Positions 21,875 to 31,299 of a DNA stretch of 64,000 nt are shown piece after piece. The DNA is from a virus. Both the position numbers and the translations under genes were made by a program. Where the stretch lies: positions 64,001 to 128,000 of IMG/VR virus record IMGVR_UViG_3300028376_000003. One strand, written 5' to 3'. The notes beneath the pieces were generated by a model. It was not told where the DNA came from and ran no database searches. It saw only the letters and a list, made by a program, of their open reading frames with translations. Within the stretch, counting starts at the first letter, position 1; the number at the start of each line of letters is the position of its first letter.

Positions 21875-22309
21875 ATGAAAACTATAAAAAATAAAAGAGC
21901 ATATTTTGATTTTAATATATTAGAGGAATTTGACTGTGGTATAATGTTAGAAGGTGGTGAGGTTAAAAGCATTAGGGATGGTAATGTGTCTATGAATGAT
22001 TCTTTTATATTCATATCTAACTCTGAGGTCTATATTAAAAGCTTTAGAGTAAGCAAATATAGCCATGCACACCCATCTGTTGTACATATAGAAGATAGGG
22101 ATAAAAAGCTACTTTTGACAAAAAAACAAATAGAGAAGATACAGAAATTTCTAAAAGATAAAGGAAATACGTGTGTGCCTTTAAAAGTGTTTATTAAATC
22201 TAATAAGATAAAAGTAAAGATAGGACTTGGCAAGGGTAAAAAACTGTATGATAAAAGAAAAGATTTAAAAGAAAAAGATTTAAAAAGAGAAATATCTAGA
22301 AATACATAA
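21875..22309 (+). CDS. smpB: SsrA-binding protein SmpB
   Basis: NKRAYFDF, GIMLEGGEVKSIR, RDKKLLL, GKGKKLYDKR. Confidence 0.93.
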   Translation: MKTIKNKRAYFDFNILEEFDCGIMLEGGEVKSIRDGNVSMNDSFIFISNSEVYIKSFRVSKYSHAHPSVVHIEDRDKKLLLTKKQIEKIQKFLKDKGNTCVPLKVFIKSNKIKVKIGLGKGKKLYDKRKDLKEKDLKREISRNT

Positions 22310-22354
22310 CTTTGTATTGTATTAAATAAGTATATTTGCCAAAATATTTTAAAT

Positions 22355-22633
22355 ATGATTATGAACGAATTTTTACAAACAAAAAAAGCTAATTCAGTAT
22401 ATGATGTATTAGTAGAATTAGCAGGTGCGAATGAGTCTGACAGACAAGACTTTGTTTATAACCATTGTAGTGGTGAAAACGGTTGTTCTGAATGGAGATT
22501 TTGTGGACACTTTGGTTTTGGTGGAAAATATAGATCCCAAAGAAATATAATAAGCTATTATATTGAAGATACAACGGATTCTAGAGAAGCATTAAAAAAA
22601 GATATAAACAATAGATTGAGTGAAATATATTAA
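22355..22633 (+). CDS. Hypothetical protein
   Basis: 92 aa; EWRFCGHFGFGGKY; promoter at 22331. Confidence 0.7.
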   Translation: MIMNEFLQTKKANSVYDVLVELAGANESDRQDFVYNHCSGENGCSEWRFCGHFGFGGKYRSQRNIISYYIEDTTDSREALKKDINNRLSEIY

Positions 22634-22653
22634 AAATAATCAAAAAAAAACAC

Positions 22654-23334
22654 ATGATACATTTAGAACCTTGTGAAGAAACAATGCCTAGGTTTGAAGA
22701 TGGTAGTTTTGACACTATTATAACATCACCACCTTACAATATTGGTAAAATGCATAGTAATAATTTACAGTTTGGCACTTATGCGAATAATGATATGAGC
22801 GAAGGTGCTTATCAAGAATGGCAAATAGAAATACTGAATGAATGTTATAGAATACTTGAGGATGGTGGGAGCATGTTCTACAATCATAAGGTTAGAATAA
22901 AAAATGGAGTTGCAACACATCCCCTATCTTGGATATTAAAAAGCAATTTTTTATTAAAACAAGAAATTGTCTGGGATATGGGTAAAAGTGCCAATTGTGA
23001 TAAGATTAGATTTTTTCCATTTTCAGAAAGAATCTATTGGTTGGTTAAAAATCCCAAAACAAAATTATACAATGAAAATAAATTGAGTGATGTTTGGCGA
23101 TGTGTCCCTACTCATAAAAGAAAAAAAGAAGGCCATATTGCTGTTATGCCAGATGAAATAGTTTCAAACATTTTAGAGAGCTTACCTAATGTAAGAAAGG
23201 TCTATGATCCATTTGGGGGAAGTGGTACTACTCTAAAAGTATGTAACGAAAAAAACATATATTGTGAAATATCAGAAATAGACATTAGTTTAGAAGAGAC
23301 AATTAACAAAAAAGTAATAAATAAAGTACGATGA
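22654..23334 (+). CDS. DNA N4-cytosine/N6-adenine methyltransferase (beta class)
   Basis: TSPPYN motif IV precedes DPFGGSGTT motif I. Confidence 0.9.
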   Translation: MIHLEPCEETMPRFEDGSFDTIITSPPYNIGKMHSNNLQFGTYANNDMSEGAYQEWQIEILNECYRILEDGGSMFYNHKVRIKNGVATHPLSWILKSNFLLKQEIVWDMGKSANCDKIRFFPFSERIYWLVKNPKTKLYNENKLSDVWRCVPTHKRKKEGHIAVMPDEIVSNILESLPNVRKVYDPFGGSGTTLKVCNEKNIYCEISEIDISLEETINKKVINKVR

Positions 23335-23546
23335 GGCTAATTAAAAAAGAAATTAATAAAAAAAATAACATAGTATTAACTTGTCAGGACTCTGTTCTTC
23401 TTGGATTGTTTAAACAACAGGTAAAATTCATAGCAACAGAGGAATACTCTTGTGGTTATTGGAATTGGAGAAAACTACCAGACAAGACATTAATTGATGA
23501 TGAACTTAGTTCTAAATTGGATATCTTGTGCAGAAATTCTAAATAA
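23331..23546 (+). CDS. Hypothetical protein
   Basis: 71 aa, ATGA overlap with the methyltransferase stop. Confidence 0.6.
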   Translation: MRLIKKEINKKNNIVLTCQDSVLLGLFKQQVKFIATEEYSCGYWNWRKLPDKTLIDDELSSKLDILCRNSK

Positions 23547-23873
23547 TATCAAATTGTTTATTTTAAATGTGATAAATTATGAGTAGATGTTTAATAAAAT
23601 GTTGTATATTTGTTTTCTGAATACTAAACTAATAAAATTATACACATAGATAATAACTTAAATCAAAGAGAAAAAGCTTTGAAAGAAATAGAAGATACTT
23701 TTAAACAAAGAGAAAAAGTTTTGGATTTAATGGATGAAAATCTTGAAACTAGAGAAATTTATAACCAATAAACACAACTATATCTATTTAAGCATAATAA
23801 GATATATTCCACAAGGAAACGGTGTGTTCGTAAGTCTTTAGATTTTTATGTTATAGCCACTTCTTTTTATTTT

Positions 23874-24308
23874 TTAAAAATTTTGATCGATTTCGTATCT
23901 AACCCAATTGTCTGTTGATATACATTCGTAAATAAATAAGTCGTCTGAAGCTCTTTGTCCTTGAACACCCGAAGATGTACTGTTTGTTGGTATAGAAACA
24001 TATTCTAGTGGAGTAGCATCATCAACTGTTAAATATCTTGACCAAGTACTACTACTAGTGCCATTACTAGCGTTACTGTATAGTACACCTTCTTCATCAA
24101 ATGCTAATGCAAAGTACTCTGGTGTTGATGAAAATACTGATGATGATGTACCACTAAATCCTAAATAGTTATTTTCTGAATCATATATTAGATTAGAATA
24201 ACTTAGACCACTAGATTCCATTTTTATATCATCACTTCCTTGTGTTGATAATATACTACCACCATTCATATTTATTTTACCACCTCCTAAAATAATTATC
24301 TCGGTCAT
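23874..24308 (-). CDS. Hypothetical protein with tail-fibre-like C-terminal motif
   Basis: PTNSTSSGVQGQRASDDLFIYECISTDNWVR. Confidence 0.55.
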   Translation of the reverse strand: MTEIIILGGGKINMNGGSILSTQGSDDIKMESSGLSYSNLIYDSENNYLGFSGTSSSVFSSTPEYFALAFDEEGVLYSNASNGTSSSTWSRYLTVDDATPLEYVSIPTNSTSSGVQGQRASDDLFIYECISTDNWVRYEIDQNF

Positions 24309-24485
24309 ATGCTATTACATAACCACCTAGCTCAGGAGCAATTGCTTAGTCTATTGTTATTTTTTTTTGAAAGTATACTAATACCATACGTTATAATATT
24401 TTTTATTATACTATATATATTTAATTTCACAATTGCTTTTAAACTTAATGTAGTAATTTTAATATATAAGTAAATATGCTTTCAT

Positions 24486-25007
24486 ATGACACGGAATTTT
24501 AAATCAGTTAAAGAAGTACGAGATTTCAAGAAAAAAACTCTTGATATTTATGAGAAAATAGATAATGGAAGAAAATTCACAAACCACTATAAAGAATATG
24601 ATATCTTCAATATGTCTAAGCACTTGGAGATTGGACAACATTTTTTATACGAGAAATATTTATACAAAAGAAGTAAAGGAAATAGTAGTCTTATATGTTA
24701 TCCAGAAATGGGTGTGTTTTTAAATACAATACCAATAGATCAGACCTTTGAGTTGGAATGGTATGATTATAGAAGAACATGGGAATATAATATAAGTGTA
24801 ACAAATGATGATAGTGAGATGTTAATGTATGATTTTCCTAGTGAGATTAGTACTCTTATATTATGGCAAGATAGTTTATTTGTTTATGACGTTTGGGACA
24901 AAAAACCTGACTGGAAACAAATGAGAAAAGCATATGATAAAACTTGGTGGTTCCATAAAACTAAAGAAAAGATAAGACATTTAAAGATAAATTCCATATT
25001 AAGATAA
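24486..25007 (+). CDS. Hypothetical protein
   Basis: 173 aa; ends IRHLKINSILR. Confidence 0.7.
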   Translation: MTRNFKSVKEVRDFKKKTLDIYEKIDNGRKFTNHYKEYDIFNMSKHLEIGQHFLYEKYLYKRSKGNSSLICYPEMGVFLNTIPIDQTFELEWYDYRRTWEYNISVTNDDSEMLMYDFPSEISTLILWQDSLFVYDVWDKKPDWKQMRKAYDKTWWFHKTKEKIRHLKINSILR

Positions 25008-25010
25008 TTG

Positions 25011-25343
25011 TTATTTAGGTAATTTCATATCACTTGTTACTTCAATCTTAAATCCAAGTCCTGTGCTTTCATCAGAACCATACTTAGTCTCAGAGTGATA
25101 TCCATTATCAGAATGAAATGTTATTGGTTTAGCACCATGCATCTTTTGCTTATCCTTTTCCTCTTTTTCTTTAAGCATTTCCTCAAATGTTAGATTATCT
25201 GATTTATTTACACTATTATCTCTTATAGTATCTTGTCTATCAGAGTAACCGTACTTTCTTAGTAGTTCCTCTGCCTCTTGTCCAGTTACTTCCCTTTCAC
25301 TTTCAACTCTTTGTCCTTCTATTTGTCTTGTAGTAGCTCTCAT
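25011..25343 (-). CDS. Hypothetical protein
   Basis: 110 aa; TTAATATATA immediately upstream. Confidence 0.7.
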   Translation of the reverse strand: MRATTRQIEGQRVESEREVTGQEAEELLRKYGYSDRQDTIRDNSVNKSDNLTFEEMLKEKEEKDKQKMHGAKPITFHSDNGYHSETKYGSDESTGLGFKIEVTSDMKLPK

Positions 25344-25478
25344 ATCATATATATTAAAATAATATCTTTGTTAATTATATCTTAAAAATAGTGTGTTAAA
25401 TTAATACATTTCATATATTTGTATAATAAATATCAAAAGAGACAAAACTTTTTTAATATATAGTATATAAACATAAAT

Positions 25479-25551
25479 CGCGGGGTAGAGCAGTAGGTAG
25501 CTCGCTAGGCTCATAACCTAGAGGTCGTTGGTTCGAGTCCAACTCCCGCTA
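25479..25551 (+). tRNA. tRNA-fMet (CAT), initiator type
   Basis: Cloverleaf; C1:U72 mismatch; ctagg-CTCATAA-cctag. Confidence 0.9.
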
Positions 25552-25571
25552 CAAATAAATAAATAAATAAA

Positions 25572-25655
25572 ATGAATACTTTTACTAACATAGAATATTA
25601 TTATGAAGAATCTGAACGAAAACGCTCGGCTAGTCTTTTGATGTCTATAATGTAA
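25572..25655 (+). CDS. Attenuator leader peptide 1 (MNTFTNIEYYYEESERKRSASLLMSIM)
   Basis: 27-codon ORF with GAA TAT TAT TAT GAA GAA TCT GAA, directly before a terminator and tRNA-Tyr/tRNA-Glu. Confidence 0.8.
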   Translation: MNTFTNIEYYYEESERKRSASLLMSIM

Positions 25656-25672
25656 ATTAAATTATAGTATAA

Positions 25673-25709
25673 AAAAAACCCAGTCTAGTAATATAGACTG
25701 GGTTTTTTG
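25673..25709 (+). terminator. Attenuator terminator 1
   Basis: aaaaaacccagtcta-gtaata-tagactgggtttttt. Confidence 0.9.
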
Positions 25710-25721
25710 TTTTAAAAATAT

Positions 25722-25804
25722 GGGGGTAATATGGCACAGGTAGTCATGTCGGTCTGTAAAACCGATTCCGAAAGGTATTGTGGGTTCGAGTCCCACTACG
25801 CCCA
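25722..25804 (+). tRNA. tRNA-Tyr (GTA)
   Basis: tcggt-CTGTAAA-accga, long variable arm, gtggg-TTCGAGT-cccac; one acceptor mismatch. Confidence 0.85.
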
Positions 25805-25814
25805 CTTAGTACAT

Positions 25815-25887
25815 GCTCCGTTCGTCTAGTGGACTAGGACCCCAGGCTTTCAACTTGGTAACGGGAGTTCAATTCTCCCACGGAGTA
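25815..25887 (+). tRNA. tRNA-Glu (TTC)
   Basis: ccagg-CTTTCAA-cttgg; canonical cloverleaf. Confidence 0.9.
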
Positions 25888-25969
25888 CTAGTTTTAATAT
25901 TGTTTAAAATAGGATTATAATAATATAATGCTTATATTTGCCTATTATTTAATTTTAAAAAGCTTTTAA

Positions 25970-26134
25970 ATGGAAAAAAACACAATACAAGATTTTAAGT
26001 GTGTATATGTTTATAGAACTGGTAAAAAAATACATGAATGTGTATTTAAAGCCTACAATGTTGAGCAAGCTAAGACACATTTTTCGTTTTTTTATCCGAA
26101 AAGGATATTGAAAGAAATTGAATTACAAAAATAA
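25970..26134 (+). CDS. Small hypothetical protein (MEKNTIQDFKCVYVY...)
   Basis: 54 aa ORF read from the sequence, after promoter at 25933. Confidence 0.5.
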   Translation: MEKNTIQDFKCVYVYRTGKKIHECVFKAYNVEQAKTHFSFFYPKRILKEIELQK

Positions 26135-26140
26135 ATTATT

Positions 26141-26359
26141 ATGGTTTTAAAAATAGAGATAGAAGGAATTGGCGAATTCGACATAAAACATGATTTGTTA
26201 CATCGAGGTAATCGACCAAGACTGAAAACTTACCATAAAGGGATATTTAGAGAAGTATCTTTTAATAGTTTTGAAGACTATCTAAATCCTACCTATCAGA
26301 GAGGATTTGATTATGAAGGAACAGAAATACAGATTAAAATTTTAGAAAATACAGATTAA
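26141..26359 (+). CDS. Hypothetical protein
   Basis: 72 aa ORF. Confidence 0.6.
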   Translation: MVLKIEIEGIGEFDIKHDLLHRGNRPRLKTYHKGIFREVSFNSFEDYLNPTYQRGFDYEGTEIQIKILENTD

Positions 26360-26406
26360 TTTAAGAGGGAGAGTAAACTTTTAATATATAGTGTAATATA
26401 ACAATT

Positions 26407-26481
26407 ATGAGAACAATTAATAACATAGCAATAATAGCGATAGGCAAAGGGAAAACTCATTGGCTGGGAATTGTTATGTAA
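26407..26481 (+). CDS. Attenuator leader peptide 2 (MRTINNIAIIAIGKGKTHWLGIVM)
   Basis: 24 codons with ATA GCA ATA ATA GCG ATA GGC AAA GGG, before a terminator and tRNA-Ile(UAU)/Gly/Gly/Ala. Confidence 0.82.
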   Translation: MRTINNIAIIAIGKGKTHWLGIVM

Positions 26482-26504
26482 TTAATTTAATTATAAATTA
26501 TCAT

Positions 26505-26533
26505 AAACCCAGTCAGAAATGACTGGGTTTTTT
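26505..26533 (+). terminator. Attenuator terminator 2
   Basis: aaacccagtca-gaaa-tgactgggtttttt; 5' arm also pairs with tggctggg (26461-26468). Confidence 0.9.
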
Positions 26534-26547
26534 ATTTTATTATAAAT

Positions 26548-26621
26548 TGGTATGTAGCTTAGATGGTAAAAGCACATGGCTTATATCCATGAGATAGTGG
26601 GTTCGATACCCATCATACCAA
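26548..26621 (+). tRNA. tRNA-Ile (TAT)
   Basis: catgg-CTTATAT-ccatg; acceptor tggtatg/catacca. Confidence 0.88.
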
Positions 26622-26629
26622 CAAAATAA

Positions 26630-26703
26630 GCAGGTAACGCATAAGTGATGGTGCACTAGCCTTCCAAGCTAGAATAGAATCGGTTTGATCCCGATTACCT
26701 GCT
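26630..26703 (+). tRNA. tRNA-Gly (TCC)
   Basis: ctagc-CTTCCAA-gctag; U73. Confidence 0.82.
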
Positions 26704-26714
26704 CGATATAAAAT

Positions 26715-26788
26715 GCAAATGTAGCTCAATTGGCTAGAGTGTCTGATTTCCATTCAGAAAGTTGTAGGTTCGAATCCTATCATTTGCT
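26715..26788 (+). tRNA. tRNA-Gly (TCC)
   Basis: tctga-TTTCCAT-tcaga; U73. Confidence 0.88.
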
Positions 26789-26795
26789 CATTAAT

Positions 26796-26873
26796 GGGGG
26801 ATTAGCTCAGTCTGGTCGTAAGCGATAGCTTTGCAAGCTGTGTCATACATCGGTTCAAATCCGATATCCTCCA
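26796..26873 (+). tRNA. tRNA-Ala (TGC)
   Basis: atagc-TTTGCAA-gctgt; G3:U70 identity pair. Confidence 0.88.
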
Positions 26874-27165
26874 CAGCTTAATTAAAAAAAACAATAATTA
26901 TAGAAGATTTGAGTGCGAGATAGATAGAGAGAGGAGTAATTACTAAATTTGCATCAGATGAATTGGAGAAGTTGTCTAAAAATCATCAGGCTAGAAAATA
27001 TCAAAGCTTCACTATAGATAGGTGAGTTGTTGATATTGTGGACATGTCACCGATTTCTAAGCTAACAAATTCAGTAGATGTGATAGTTTATGGTGGTGAT
27101 TCATTAATGGAGATTTCTTAGAAACATATTAATAATATATATATAGAGAAAATGTACATATTATT

Positions 27166-27921
27166 ATGATTATAAGATTTAGAAGTAGAGGAGAAAAAGT
27201 TAAGGATTTACAAAACTTGTTAGGACTAAAACCTGATGGTATATTTGGTCCTAACACTTTGAAAGCTTTGAAGAATTTTCAAAGAGATAATGGATTAAGC
27301 GTAGATGGTATAGTTGGTCCTAATACTTGGTCTGTTTTAGTAAAAAACGATAAGAATAGAATAAGACCAATTTACGATGTTGATCTAAACGAAGAAGATT
27401 CTGTATCTGATCCAGAGTGTATGTTCTGTGTAGAAGATATTGAGGAAACACAACCTTTGTCCCCTAGTACAAGGGAACTTATAAACCTAATAGAATCTAG
27501 TGATATTACTAGGAATATAAAAAGGCTTGTTTTCCATTGTACTGCAACATCTCAAAAAGCTACTGTATCTGCCATTGTGAATTATTGGAAGAATACACTT
27601 GGGTGGCGTTCACCAGGTTATCATATAATTGTTAGGCCAGATGGAACTTGGAATCAACTACTAGACTTTAACAGAGTCTCTAATGGTGTTCGTGGTATCA
27701 ATTCTACTACTATAAATATATCATATATTGGTGGTGTTGACCGAAATGGTAGAGCATTGGATAATAGAACTAAAAAGCAAAAGGATGTCTATGAAACCAT
27801 TTATAGAGCTTTTAAGCATAAATTACCTAGAATAACATTTCATGGACATAATGAATTTTCATCAAAAGCATGTCCATCTTTTAATGTTAAAAATTGGATA
27901 AAGTCTTTAAGAGTAATTTAA
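27166..27921 (+). CDS. Endolysin: peptidoglycan-binding domain plus N-acetylmuramoyl-L-alanine amidase (T7 lysozyme type)
   Basis: DGIFGPNT/DGIVGPNTW repeats; HCTAT, GYH, YIGG, GHNEF, KACPSF. Confidence 0.92.
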   Translation: MIIRFRSRGEKVKDLQNLLGLKPDGIFGPNTLKALKNFQRDNGLSVDGIVGPNTWSVLVKNDKNRIRPIYDVDLNEEDSVSDPECMFCVEDIEETQPLSPSTRELINLIESSDITRNIKRLVFHCTATSQKATVSAIVNYWKNTLGWRSPGYHIIVRPDGTWNQLLDFNRVSNGVRGINSTTINISYIGGVDRNGRALDNRTKKQKDVYETIYRAFKHKLPRITFHGHNEFSSKACPSFNVKNWIKSLRVI

Positions 27922-28049
27922 TTAGTATATATTTGCATAGTAAGAATTCTAAAAGAAAGAAAAATTATAATATTATTTTACTATATATCATGATGTTGCA
28001 TGTTTTTAGATGAATTAACAACACTAATCACTTAATAATACAAATCTAT

Positions 28050-28478
28050 ATGACCACAATTCAAACAAATAATATAATTAACTTTTATTTCAATATTAGC
28101 ACTGAATGTGGTATTGATATATTACATCTATCACCAAGCTATCTTAGAGAAAAGTGGATACTCCATATAGGAACTGATATTGAAAATAATAATATAACCA
28201 AAAGTGTTAAGTTGGATACTTGGACTAAAATATGGGGTGTTACTGATAAAAATACAACATCAATATATTATATAATTCTAGAATTAAATTCAGTTCCACT
28301 AAGGGAAGCTAATATAACGTCTGTAGTTAATAAAATTATTCCTTATATTGATGAAAATAAGATAAACAAAGAAGAATATAATGGTTTACACCCATCAATA
28401 AATAGTTGTAAGGATCAATGGATGATGAAGAAAGAAAACAAAAGATACTTAAATATTCAAATGTTATTGAATGACTGA
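28050..28478 (+). CDS. Hypothetical protein
   Basis: 142 aa ORF. Confidence 0.65.
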   Translation: MTTIQTNNIINFYFNISTECGIDILHLSPSYLREKWILHIGTDIENNNITKSVKLDTWTKIWGVTDKNTTSIYYIILELNSVPLREANITSVVNKIIPYIDENKINKEEYNGLHPSINSCKDQWMMKKENKRYLNIQMLLND

Positions 28479-28501
28479 TATTTATATATAAGAGAAAAAC
28501 A

Positions 28502-28957
28502 ATGAAATTAAGAAAGACTATAGCAACCACAATGAGAGGATATCTTAATGAGAATAATAGTAATGAAAGTCATTTTTTATCTGAAAGTGAAAAATATGGC
28601 TCTTATGAAGGTATTATTCATTCTGATATAGAAAAAGTCAAGAATTAGTTCTCAAAACGAGGTATTGACTACAATTCATATCTTAATCAAATTGAACTAC
28701 CTGTAGCATTTTTAAACAATATAAATGTAGAATTAAAATATAGAGGAAAGGGATATGGTGATGAACTATATTTTGATTTTGAACAGAATTGTTATTATTA
28801 TAACACTAAATGCATAATATTAGAAAGTGATAGTGGCGAATCACAGAAGAAAGGTTTTAATTTGGACAATTGGTATGAAATCTTAGACTATGAGATAATT
28901 GGGGAAGAAAGTGGTAATTCAATTATGAAAAAAAAATTAATTAGTTCACAACGATGA
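28502..28957 (+). pseudogene. GNAT acetyltransferase interrupted by an in-frame TAG at 28646
   Basis: MKLRKTIATTMRGYLNE...KVKN*FSKRG...NINVELKYRGKGYGDELY; frame continuous across the stop. Confidence 0.7.
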
Positions 28958-29018
28958 TGGTGATAATAGTGCTTTACTTAATTCTGATTATGAAATGATA
29001 ATTATTTAAAAATAAATT

Positions 29019-29240
29019 ATGGGACTATACGATACAGTAAAAGTACCTTGCCCTTCATGTGGTGAGAAGAAAGATTTTCAAAGTAAGAGTGGTGATGGTT
29101 TTTTAGAAGTAGTTGATTTAGAAAACTGCCCATATGATATACTAGTAGGCGTAAACAGACATTCACCCCATACTTGTAAGTGTGGAGAAATATTTAAAGT
29201 GGATTTAAATACTAGAAAAAGTGTAAAAACAGAAAAATAG
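29019..29240 (+). CDS. Small Zn-ribbon-like protein
   Basis: MGLYD..CPSCG...FQSK...CKCG. Confidence 0.7.
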   Translation: MGLYDTVKVPCPSCGEKKDFQSKSGDGFLEVVDLENCPYDILVGVNRHSPHTCKCGEIFKVDLNTRKSVKTEK

Positions 29241-29497
29241 ACTATGATAATGTCCCAAATATCTATTAAATAAGGGACTTTAAAAATTAGGTAATTTTAT
29301 ACATTGTTGTGCAGAGTAGGTTATTAATTTAATTATGAGATGAGTAGTATTAATTATATAAAAAATACAACTTATTATCTGTTTGTAAGTATAAGTGTGT
29401 AAGTGCTACTTATGATAAACTTCTAATATCACAAACAATCAATTTTAATAAAAGCATATACTAGAAAATAGAAAATAAAAAATAATAAATTAAATAT

Positions 29498-30733
29498 ATG
29501 AATAACACATCAATTATAGATTCATTTACTGAGCTTAAGTCAGACAAAATGATTAATAAAATAGAGATAATGGAAATCCTAGACTCTGTTTTTAGATTTG
29601 AGTTTAGAAAAAAATATGATACAGATGAAAACTTTGATATAATTCTAAACCCAGATAACGGAGATTTAGAAATATGGCAAAACAAAATCGTTGTACAAGA
29701 TGGCGAGGTTGAAAACCACAATACTGAAATAGAAATTTCAGAAGTTCTTAAGGTGGAGTCAGATTTTGAAATAGGGGAAGAATATCCACAAGAATTCAAA
29801 ATATCAGAATTAGGAAGAAGATCTATATTAAGTTTAAGACAGAATCTAAAGGCTAGAATAAAAGACTACGAAAATAAATCAACAATAGAGAAGTTTGAAG
29901 ATATGATTGGATATATTTTCAATGCCGAAGTCCATCACATAAAAAGAAATATGGTTATATTACTAGATGATGAGGGTATTGAAATTTGTTTACCAAAAGA
30001 TAATCAGATACCTGGTGAGTTTTACAGAAAAGGTGATACAATATCATTTGTGGTAGAAGAAGCTGAAATTAGAAACAATAAGCCATACATTATTGCATCA
30101 AGAACATCAAGTAAGTTTCTAGAAAGAATAATGGAACAAGAAATACCTGAAATATTCGATGGTCTAATAAATATAAAGAACATAGTTAGAGTACCTGGTA
30201 TTAAAGCTAAGGTAGCAGTGGAAACATATGATGATAGAATTGATCCTGTTGGAACTTGTGTTGGTAGTAGAGGAAGTCGAATAATGGCAGTTACTAGAGA
30301 GCTAAATGGTGAGAGTATAGATATCATAAGCTACACAAATAATATGGATTTATATATAACTAGGTCGTTAAAACCAGCCGTTGTTAAATTTATAAAGGTA
30401 GAAGATGGTAAAGCTGACGTTCATTTAAATGGTGAAGATATTGGTAAGGCTATTGGTAAGAAAGGTTCTAATATAAGATTAACTAGCTTACTTACTGGTC
30501 TAGAAATAAATCTTATAAATGATGAGCAAGCTACAGAGGAAGATATAGATCTTATGGAATTTTCTGATGAAGTTGATTTATGGGTAATAAATGAATTTAA
30601 AAAAGCTGGTATAGATACTGCTAAATCATTACTATCTTATGGTTTTAGTGAACTTGTAAATATGACAGATTTAGAGGATGTGACTATTGAGAAGATAATA
30701 AAAATAATCAAACAAGAATTTGTTGATAGTTAA
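29498..30733 (+). CDS. nusA: Transcription termination/antitermination factor NusA
   Basis: NTD, S1 and KH domains; EIPEIFDG, IDPVGTCVGSRGSRI, AIGKKGSNIRL. Confidence 0.95.
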   Translation: MNNTSIIDSFTELKSDKMINKIEIMEILDSVFRFEFRKKYDTDENFDIILNPDNGDLEIWQNKIVVQDGEVENHNTEIEISEVLKVESDFEIGEEYPQEFKISELGRRSILSLRQNLKARIKDYENKSTIEKFEDMIGYIFNAEVHHIKRNMVILLDDEGIEICLPKDNQIPGEFYRKGDTISFVVEEAEIRNNKPYIIASRTSSKFLERIMEQEIPEIFDGLINIKNIVRVPGIKAKVAVETYDDRIDPVGTCVGSRGSRIMAVTRELNGESIDIISYTNNMDLYITRSLKPAVVKFIKVEDGKADVHLNGEDIGKAIGKKGSNIRLTSLLTGLEINLINDEQATEEDIDLMEFSDEVDLWVINEFKKAGIDTAKSLLSYGFSELVNMTDLEDVTIEKIIKIIKQEFVDS

Positions 30734-30742
30734 AACAAAATA

Positions 30743-30970
30743 ATGTCAAATAGAAACTATAAAATAGATAAGGAAATCGAGGTAACACTTAAAGTTAAAG
30801 TAAAGATTAATTCTTGCAATGACTATAATAGGTTGAACGAATTACAAATAGAAAATAATGTATCTGATTTTAAAAATGATATTAAAGAACATCTGCTAGA
30901 TAAGCTAAGAAATAGCTATCAAGAAGAAGTTACAATAGGTATTGATTTTTGGGATTATGAAGTAGATTAA
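30743..30970 (+). CDS. Hypothetical protein
   Basis: 75 aa ORF. Confidence 0.6.
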   Translation: MSNRNYKIDKEIEVTLKVKVKINSCNDYNRLNELQIENNVSDFKNDIKEHLLDKLRNSYQEEVTIGIDFWDYEVD

Positions 30971-31029
30971 TTAAATACCATAAAATACTTGTATAATATT
31001 TTTTATTTGTATATTTGTAAAAAAATAAT

Positions 31030-31299
31030 ATGAAAACTTTTAAGAAATCATTTATTATAATAGGACTTGGCGTACTTAACATACTACATGCTAGCCTTCA
31101 TATATTTCAATTTGTTCAATCTTTTATGCTTGTAAAGGCATCTATAGAACTACAAGACACATCAACAAATCACAGTGGTTTATTTTCAGATTTACTACAC
31201 AGTCCATATTTTACAATAGTTTGGGCATTAGTAGGCATCTTGACCTTATACATCGGTATCAAGGATTTTATTCATCATAAAAAATGTAAAAATGGGTAG
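31030..31299 (+). CDS. Small membrane protein (two TM helices)
   Basis: Two hydrophobic segments; promoter at 31010. Confidence 0.65.
   Translation: MKTFKKSFIIIGLGVLNILHASLHIFQFVQSFMLVKASIELQDTSTNHSGLFSDLLHSPYFTIVWALVGILTLYIGIKDFIHHKKCKNG

Noticed and set aside
21875-23870. tmRNA gene expected near smpB
   Set aside because: No tmRNA-like acceptor/T-arm with a tag reading frame was recognised in the window; it may lie elsewhere.
28646-28648. Genome-wide TAG reassignment (alternative genetic code)
   Set aside because: Only one in-frame TAG was found. Well-defined genes (clpC, cas6, gp32-like SSB) end in TAG at the expected place, long genes are unbroken, and no CUA-anticodon tRNA is in the window.
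28940-29320. Possible attC/cassette-like CACAAC...GTTGTG ends around the 29019 gene
   Set aside because: Only a 6-bp match over a long distance, with no integrase and no internal attC boxes recognised.
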